A stretch of DNA of 57,419 bases, the filler included, from Sphacelaria rigidula (Eukaryota): NCBI GenBank assembly GCA_964200075.2. It is 4 parts of 4 records of this genome, joined end to end, with 100 filler letters (N's around TTAATTAATTAA, not from the genome) between each part and the next. Parts side by side here need not be neighbours in the genome. Positions count along the whole stretch, not along the records: positions 43,141 to 57,419 come from CAXNAA020002339.1; 3 more parts are not named here. One strand, 5' to 3'. The first letter of the stretch is position 1. The number at the start of each line of letters is the position of its first letter. Positions 49,170-57,419 of this stretch are shown here, in pieces. Made by a program: the position numbers and the translations under genes. A model generated the notes under the pieces. The model worked only from the letters and a program-made list of their open reading frames with translations. It had not been told where the DNA came from and searched no databases.

Positions 49170-52100
49170 GTGAAGAAGGAAGCAATGAACAAGTAACGTA
49201 ACATGATGCCGACCCCAACACAAAAAGTTACTGACTTCACTACAAAGTACACTAACTGTACTACTGTAGCCTTTACCAAAGCGGAAAGACATTACTTCTT
49301 GCGGGATATTGAATACCTTGTGTACAGTACCATACTGTCTGTAGTTAGTATTGCCCTGGAGTTTTGTGTGATCACTCGTTTTACTGTACCGTTTCTTTCG
49401 TCTACTTCACCTTCTCACTCGCCCTTGGCACGAGCGGGGGAGGGGGGAGGGAAGGAAAAGGATGGAGGAAGAGAGTTTCGGTTTATGCCATCTGGTAAAA
49501 CGTTTGGATTACATGATGCATCTTCGGTGTAGTGATGGTACAAAAAAGTAATGGACAGTAACAGCGCCTCAAATTCAAATAACGAGTAACTTGCACGATC
49601 AAACTAAAGTTCGGCGTGTAAACAGACGGTGGTGCGCAGTTGTTTTTTATTTTCAAGCGTGAGGAGGAGGGCTGGCGGCTTGTCATCGACCCGAAATTGT
49701 GTCACATGTCGTCTGTCTTATCATTTATTGAAAGGCGAAAGTTGTCAGGTTCGTGTTTCCATGATTATTTTTTACCGTTTTTTTGTGTTTGCAGCATCTC
49801 CAGTATCCGAGAGTGAACAGGGGGGTAATGACAGACACGGAGAACGCTCGCACGACTGATACCACCACAGACACAACTCACACACCACCAGATGACTTCG
49901 ATTCTGGGGACCGTCCTTGAATCATGTGACAGTTTCGTTTCCCTGACGTACATGATCATTTTACTAATCTACCTCTTCATATCATCGCCTAGCGAAGCTT
50001 CCTAATCATCGACTACTATCCCGCTATACCCCACCCAGACCATTCTTTGCGAAACCAGCGATTTCGCGCCCGTGAAGACACATTTTTTTTCTGGGACCTG
50101 TGAGGATTCTTGTGTCTTTCCCTGGTTGCGTCCTCCATTTTTCTGTTTTCCGTTTCGCCTCTTGGACGCCAGGTCTCTCTTTAGTGGCTATCATGAGTGC
50201 ATGCAGTACAGTAGTTATTCTGCATCTCCGATGCTCTCAGCGATGGTCTTGACCTTTAGTGGACGGGCAGAAGTCAGGCTTCGTACCATCTGTAGATATT
50301 ACCCCTATGGTGTTCCCGGTTCCTCGGAGACATGGAACAGTGGTTGTGATTTCATCTGATAGTACCCAGTTTCAAGTTTCGTTAGTGCTGAGTTTGTCCG
50401 TACTTGAGACCGCGTTACCGACAGAAACACGGCACGTGTGGTTCGGTGCCTGTGCGGTGATCCCGATCTAACCGGGTAGTTACGCTGGCACTAAAGTTGG
50501 AAGCCCACCTTCAAGTTTGTCAACTCTGCCATACTTTTTTTCAAAACTTGCGTCTCTTCAAAGTGGAGGTAATTGCAGTATGGTTTTATGCACGTTTTTG
50601 ATATCACTGAGACATTTCTGGGTCTATTGCTACTGTTGACTGTTTCCAAGATGCTGCTATCAACGCCAAATGCAGATCCCCGTACACTGGTGGCGTAGTG
50701 TATGAGTTGCCACACCCTGGACAGCCGACAATCTTGAAAATGTACTGTGCGAAGTACAGGAACATATTTGATTTGATCTGTCCGAGGCGGTGATGATTTC
50801 TTTGATCCAGTTGCTGCTGTCCGACGAGTGCACCAACGGTATATTATTGATTTGTGATTTGTGCGCGCCGGAATAAAACACTGGAGCGCAGGTCCTTTCC
50901 TGCTCAGCTCATCTTCTGGGATTTTTCATCATGGTCAATTGAGGGAATTCTCGCCCCATGTTTGACCTTCAAAAACGGATCCGCCATTGGTTCCCCCGGT
51001 ATCGAACGAAGTAAATGTGCACCTGGATGCACGCTTGATGCGGTGTGCATCCTCACTTCAACCCAAATCATGTTGCCAATTCCAACCCTAAACCCACGCT
51101 CATGAGTTCGTAGTGTGCCTTGAAAGGACCTACGACTTGGCTATCTTTGTCTTGGAAGATGTGCATGTGTGCTCTTCGTGTTGTCAAGGTATGCACACAT
51201 GCGGAGTACCCTCCGTCTGTGTGTTGGCAACTTGCAGTACTTTGGGTGGAAATGCCCATGCCTTCTAGCGAATTTCTCTGAAACCTGACCTGTCCTTTTC
51301 AAGAGTGCACACTACAAGTAGTGTGGTGGGGTTTGCAGCTTGCAAAACCCCAAGTCAAGAACCGTGTCTTCTGGCGTACCTTTCTGAAACCTGGTGACCT
51401 GTCTGTCCCGTTCAAGAGTACACACACCAGCTCACTTGCCATTATTTTTGCATCGAAACGATCAACTAAATAAATATGTGTACGAGTACATAAATAATGA
51501 TGTGGGGCCAAACATGGCGATGAACGTCTTCATTCGGTCTGTTGTTGTTTTTGTTGCCGTCGTCTTCACATTGAAGAGCATTCCGACATCTGCGTGGTAC
51601 ATTCGTCCTAGTCCCGCACATTCTTCCTAGATTTTGTGAAATTCTCATCGACGAGTCCTGGCCCGACAACACCAACCTGTGTTTCTCGCTCATTTTTTGG
51701 TGTTCCACTGGGGATTCTTAATATTGTTCGGTATTTATGGTTTGCTCTTATTTCGCCCAATACGCCAAATTAAGCTGCAGCACAAGAATTTGCTCGTCAC
51801 TTCTAGATATGGTTGGTTTTAACCGTGCGGTATTTGGCAAAGTAAAGATATGGCGGGGCATATTTCACTCGGTTACATTGGTGCGCCAAGCCCGCAAGGC
51901 AAGGCAGACTTCCCACACACAGGTATGGGCAACTCGAGGTGACTTAAAAAAAGCGCGACTATGACCGAGCGTTCAAGCTCGGCACCCGCCCAAAATTGAG
52001 GACCTGTTGAAAATCAGGAGTAGGACGGAAATATGTGACATGACCTTTTTCATTGTACCGCGGCAAAAACACACTCACACCCTCTCATCTTTTCAAGCTT

Positions 52101-55100
52101 TCAATGTTAATCTGGCGAGTCGACAATTTTTTTCATGTTTTTTTTTGCCTGGCTCGGGGTAGTTAGGCTGTGACCACGGAAGGCGTCCGCATCAGATGCC
52201 CAGTACAGAGTCCTGGGCAGATATCGGAACGGTTTTTAATGTAGAGACAAGGACAACAACAACAACAACAACAGTAGACGCATTGCGAAGACAGTTTGGA
52301 TTGCTCGAGCTGCGACATCATCGTTGTGTTCGTCTCTGCAGAGCATCAAGTTAGTCGTTCCAAGTGTGTGGGCTACCTTGTCCAGAAACTACTTCCATAA
52401 TAGTGGAGAAAAAAGAGGAACAGAAGAGACGGATGACCAGCAGAGCCTCGGCAGGGCAGGCAGTTCGTTCGGCAGGGCTTGAACAAGAAGCCGATGAAGT
52501 CACAGTCTGTCGTTGTTTCGACACCAGCAGAGAATACATCAAACGCCCCCCTCTCGCCATCTTGACCTCGTACAGCACGGCGTGGTTTATCTCTTGAACG
52601 GTGTGTTCGAAGGCGTGTGCCCCCTCTGTTTTTTTTTTCTTGACAGAAGGAAACCTGACCCATCACTTGCCCCGCAAGCGGGTTCCTGTGCTGATTATCC
52701 TCTGCTAGACTGTCTTGTCATGGGATGGCAGCTGACATGAACACTGCAGACTACATGTGGAGTGTCATGCAGTGCAGCATCTCAGATGGTGCAGTTATTT
52801 GACGTGCGTACAGCATGTACATGACAAGTTATGAGAATGGGATATGCTATGGTGTGCCGTCATGCTACTGTGGGGGCAGTAGCAGTGTCGAATCTTTCAT
52901 GTATTGCTATGCTATACTAAGGGTGTCCGTGATGTCGCGTGTGCGTATAAAACTGTGTGCAGTATGTGATGTCATGCTGCATGTATCTTCATTTCTGTGT
53001 CGCGGGGACTTTCTTCTGCATACCGCTCGGTCTACTGTACTCGGGAGACTGTACTGTTTCCTATGCTTTCGTATCCTAATTGCAGATTCCGCTCATTCAA
53101 TCATCTACGGTCTGTGAGCTCGATTCGTGTGCAGTTCTTCCTTCACTCGAAATACTCGCTTTCGAATAATTCGCCGCGCGAAGAAGGCGTCGTGATTGAC
53201 TGCTCCATTGAACTTGATTCCACCCATATGTGTAGGTACTCTCATGGCTGATGGGTGTATTGGAGATGATGCGCTGTGTTGTATTGCGTTCTAATGAGAA
53301 AAACATTTTTTTGACGTACGAGTATACGACAAAGAAAAACGGTGTTTTCGATTCATCGCGAATCGACATGTGCGTGATCGGTCTACTTCCATCATAACGG
53401 AGTGAATTCCGAACTTCGACGATGCTGACCCGTTGTGACGGTTATGTGCATTTCTACATCATGAAGCACCTTGCTCTGGCTCCAACTGTCAATTTTCATT
53501 TCTCCATCACATGAGTCGCCACACAGTTCAACGCCCGGGCTGTCGACACCCATGGTGATGTAGTGCACGATGCCCAACATGACGTGTGCGGCGCTGAACC
53601 ATATCGCCCGCTCAGGTGCTACCATGTGACTGTGTGTACCCACAAATGTACGGTATCCACAAATGTACCGTACACTACAGACAGTTACATCGTGCACCAG
53701 TTCCGGAGCAATCAGCGGTACCGGCAGTTGAAAAAAATTGAAGGAAGAAAACAGAACGGAATACAATATCTGGGTCGCCCTGCGGCATCAGGGGTTAGGA
53801 TATGTTACACCCGTTAACTTTTCAGACCCCCCCCCACGCACATTAACAGTCTCGGGCAGTGCATCGATCGATAATTCTGGCCGTGTATTTTCCTGATCGC
53901 AACTATACCAGGCGGCACACTACACTATACGTCAGTAATAACTGTAGCAGATGTACTGTGGTCCGTTCGTTAATTGCGTTCCGCCAAAAGGGGACAGGGT
54001 GGTCGCCAAGAGAAACACGAATCCGGTGCGATATTGTCTTCCCCTCTGTTCAAAAAATACAATCCAACCATCCATCCTCAATCAACTAATTAATCAATTA
54101 ATCTAAACATGAAAATTTAATCCATTACACTATTATATAAATATTATATAGTCGCATGCCCACCCTCTCTACAAGGCCGCAGATGTATTGCGCTTGACAG
54201 GCCTTGTGAACAAGAACGGTGTGGTTTTCTCTGGTAATCAACGTTCGACATTTTACCCGAAATGTTGGAAAGTTGGACTTTCGCGACATTTGCACGCTCA
54301 AGGCTCGGTTGGGGTGCAAAAGTGGTCAAGTCTGACTCTGGCTTTCGACGAGACTTGCGATTTGCGCGAAGAACGTGTCTGCCGAAGATCGAGAATCTAG
54401 GAGCAGCCCAAAACTACCAACAGTTTGATTTTGATTATGTAATTCTGTTCTGAAATTGACACTACTCCGTGCGTGCTTGTTATCAGACATGGTTTCGGGG
54501 GCAGCAGTCCCGACATGCCTCGACCAGCTCCACGACCGCATCGTTACTTGCGCTCACACATGGGTAGATAGCTAGCAGTTCTACTCTCCTTGCTACGTAT
54601 CCCATGCTTCCGCCGACGGTTACCTGGTGCCGCTGCCGCAGGCTGTGTAACAGCGGCAAATTTTGCCGTTGGGGGAAAACTCCGTCGGGAACATTTCCGC
54701 CGCATCAGGATTCAGTGCCATCATCTGTGACCACGGGTTCGCGAGATATGACTGATGTGCGGAAATAATAAGAGAATGAATAATAATCATCGTCGAGCGT
54801 AAGCAGCAGGTAGGGTGGCAAGACTGTTGCTACCCCATTACTGCTGTTGGTGTCGTTACTACTGCTGTCGACGATGATGCCTTTTTCTACGCTTCAGGTG
54901 TGTGCGTGCAGGTTCGCAGTTCACACACCCGCCCCAGGCCGGGCAGCCCGGGGAGGGAAGGCAGTCGAGGTATCCCAAACTCGAGGTTGTTGATCTGCTG
55001 TCGCTGTCCGGGGATCGAGAGTCATCATTCAAGAGTCGAAATATATCGTCAACTGTCGAGAGCCAAGTTCCACCACCTGATCATACATTTTTGATTTTTT

Positions 55101-55391
55101 AGCAGGTACGACTGGACGTGATAAACTTGTGTCAAATGTCATGTGTCCGTTCACGAGAGAGGCAACCTTGTATTCAGAACCCGCAGCCCAAGAATTCCCG
55201 ATTTCGGAAGTCGAACCTGCCGATTGCTTTGTACTAATCGTCCTTGAAGAAGTCTGCCCTAACTATCCCTCAACCAAAGGCTCCGTGGTCAGGCGCTTAG
55301 TGTAAAGATTGCGCACTCTGGACATTTGGATTACGTTGTCAAGATGTGTACTGCGTACGTCATAAAATGAATTATTTTTTGTCGTGGTGGA

Positions 55392-55553
55392 TTTTTTTCA
55401 TCGATTACCTCACATTACTTGATTGTAACAATCCAGCCCGTGGTCAGGAGCAGAAGAAAAAGGAAGAGGTAAGAAAGACTGAAATAAACAGAAGAAAAAA
55501 AGCAAAAGCCACAGAAAGGAAAGAAGAAAGGAAGCAGCGACAACAACAGCTGT
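55392..55553 (-). repeat. Retroposon-like 3' end family A copy
   Basis: tgattgtaacaatccagcccgtggtcaggagcag is the reverse complement of the family A core. Confidence 0.7.
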
Positions 55554-57419
55554 AACCCTTTCCTCATTTTTGTACGCAGTACACTATTTGGCAATGTCAT
55601 GGGTTGTTAAGTGTGGACGATTGCACACCGACTGGTTCATCTTGAACCCGACAGCGGACCTGAGAGGATCTTCGTACGATTTAGGCACTTGGTACATTTT
55701 GAGCATACGCAACGAGCGCACCTGTTTGTTCAACATCACTATGGTCCCCTTCGTAACGCGTGATACTGTTCGATACAACGCTTCTGCCTGATGGTGACTC
55801 CAAGGCACCGACCGCCCCCTGATGTTCCTCCGCTGGCGGCATGGTGTGTGCGGGGGCACGTTGCGCCCGACGCACAGTGGATTACCGTCATATAAACCTA
55901 CAAAAAAAAGTTGAACCTTGTTGTCGTCGTTGTTGTCTCAACATTAAAAAACCGTTCCGATATCTGCGCGGTACATTCGTACTGGGCATCTGATGCGGAC
56001 GCCTTCCGTGGTCACAGGCTAGCAAAAAAGGAGAAGAAAAGACCCAGATTAAAACTCACAAAACGCGATACAAGCATAACAGGGATAAATAATGAAGGAG
56101 AAAGAGAGTACATATGGCTAACCTCAGGAGTTCCGGTGCCGCAGGTGGCCATTCGGACTTCAGGGAGTGGCACCCGGTTTTCCAACTCGACACGCGACGC
56201 CAAGTAGAAATGAACACAGGGTCCGACTACGGGCGAGACTCAAGGCCCCAAATACCGCCAACCAAAGAACTCAGAATCGCAAGGTTTCATCTTTCGGCCT
56301 CTCGAGGGACAGCCATACGCACAAGCACATTAGGTGTATCAAGATAAGCACTGCATGACATAACGACACCCCTCATCGGGGGGGGGGGAACCTAGAGGAC
56401 CAAAAGAGACTCGCCTACGACTAACAACTGCAAAAGAAGAAAAATGTCTTCTCGAACGACATGATTGTTGAGTATTTTGCCGAGACAAGGGTCAAGGCGT
56501 CCCTCACGGAACTCGCGGTGAGCACAGTGTGGTGGACGGGGGAGTTGTGCTCCTCAGAAATTGACATTGGATACAGTATTGTCAACGCGAGAAAAAGAAG
56601 CGAGCAAAAGATGCATGCCGATTCGTCGGTGCGATACGTGAGTTGTCGTCCCGTTCCACCGCCCGCCCCCCTCATCCCCAAGAAGGAGGAACGGCGGCGC
56701 TCTGTTTCATCAATAATTTTGTAACTCTTCAGGCTACGAGCTGGGCCAGTCGTGACACATAGGACCTCTCAGCACACATCTCCTTCAGTTTCCCAAATCA
56801 GTCCGATGTAAGCATATCGCTTTGATCTGGGGACCAACCTGATTGTGGACGGCTTCGCTGTTCGATTGACGCAGTTTGGGCGGTGACGTTATTGTACTGC
56901 ATTGATTAGGGGTGCGTCTCGTTTCGTGGCGTGCGAGCGTGTTCTCAGTTTTTTTCGTGTAAAACGCGACAAGAGTACACTGGGATCACTGCGAGATGAC
57001 ACCAAGCTCGTCAGCAGCTCCATCATGGGAGAGGACCTCCGAGCTGAGTGTCACACACAACGAGCACAGGTTCCAGTATACAGCTGGGTCTGGGCTGCAA
57101 CGCTTTTCCTCGTTCAAATCCCCGATGATTTTTTCTTGATATCTCTAACTGTTGGAAAATGGAGACTGATGAGGCCGCTTCTTAAAGACTGAAAAAAAAC
57201 TCTCTGAGAACTGCCCTTTTGAACCTTTCATCACGGATTATTGGCGGAATAGGGACTATGGCGGATTTGGCCTCCTCGGATTGATTTGCTCTATTTTTCA
57301 CGAGGATTCCAGCACGCTTGTCCGATATTTCGTACTCCCAGTTTCACTCTTGGCCGGATTCCGGATTTTTTCAGTCACCTAAAAAAACTTTGAGTTGTCG
57401 ACAAAAAGTACGTATTTTT

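Noticed and set aside
50480-51120. Possible retroviral-type protease remnant (FDTGG, minus strand)
   Set aside because: It is a single short motif with no supporting RT or gag sequence.
1-57419. A sex-determining region or functional cluster linking RWP-RK, JmjC and RRP6
   Set aside because: These genes lie on separate, artificially concatenated scaffolds, and sex linkage cannot be assessed from the sequence.

Overview
Eukaryotic, intron- and repeat-rich DNA, most consistent with a brown alga (Phaeophyceae). The inference rests on long introns, EsV-1-7-type Cys repeats and FNIP-type repeats. The window is not contiguous: it is four size-sorted scaffolds (14281, 14280, 14279 and 14279 bp) joined by artificial 100-bp N44-TTAATTAATTAA-N44 linkers, though shared repeat families indicate one genome. 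Scaffold 1 (1-14281) holds seven internal, phase-consistent exons of an EML5/6-like WD40 (TAPE) gene, including a GC-AG intron, with introns full of MITEs and retroposon 3' ends. Scaffold 2 (14382-28661) holds the first two coding exons of an RRP6/EXOSC10-like gene (minus strand) and a decayed Ty3/Gypsy integrase. Scaffold 3 (28762-43040) is the most unusual. It has two tandem modules of divergently oriented, short-intron, largely pseudogenised genes built as a Cys-rich N-terminus, often an Ala/Gly/Glu-rich linker, and a variable C-terminal domain (JmjC, FNIP repeats or an RNI/LRR-like start). Each module is bounded on the left by a shared non-coding repeat. Scaffold 4 (43141-57419) holds an RWP-RK transcription factor gene (two clear exons), a tRNA-derived SINE and MITEs. 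All family assignments come from reading motifs by eye; no database searches were run.
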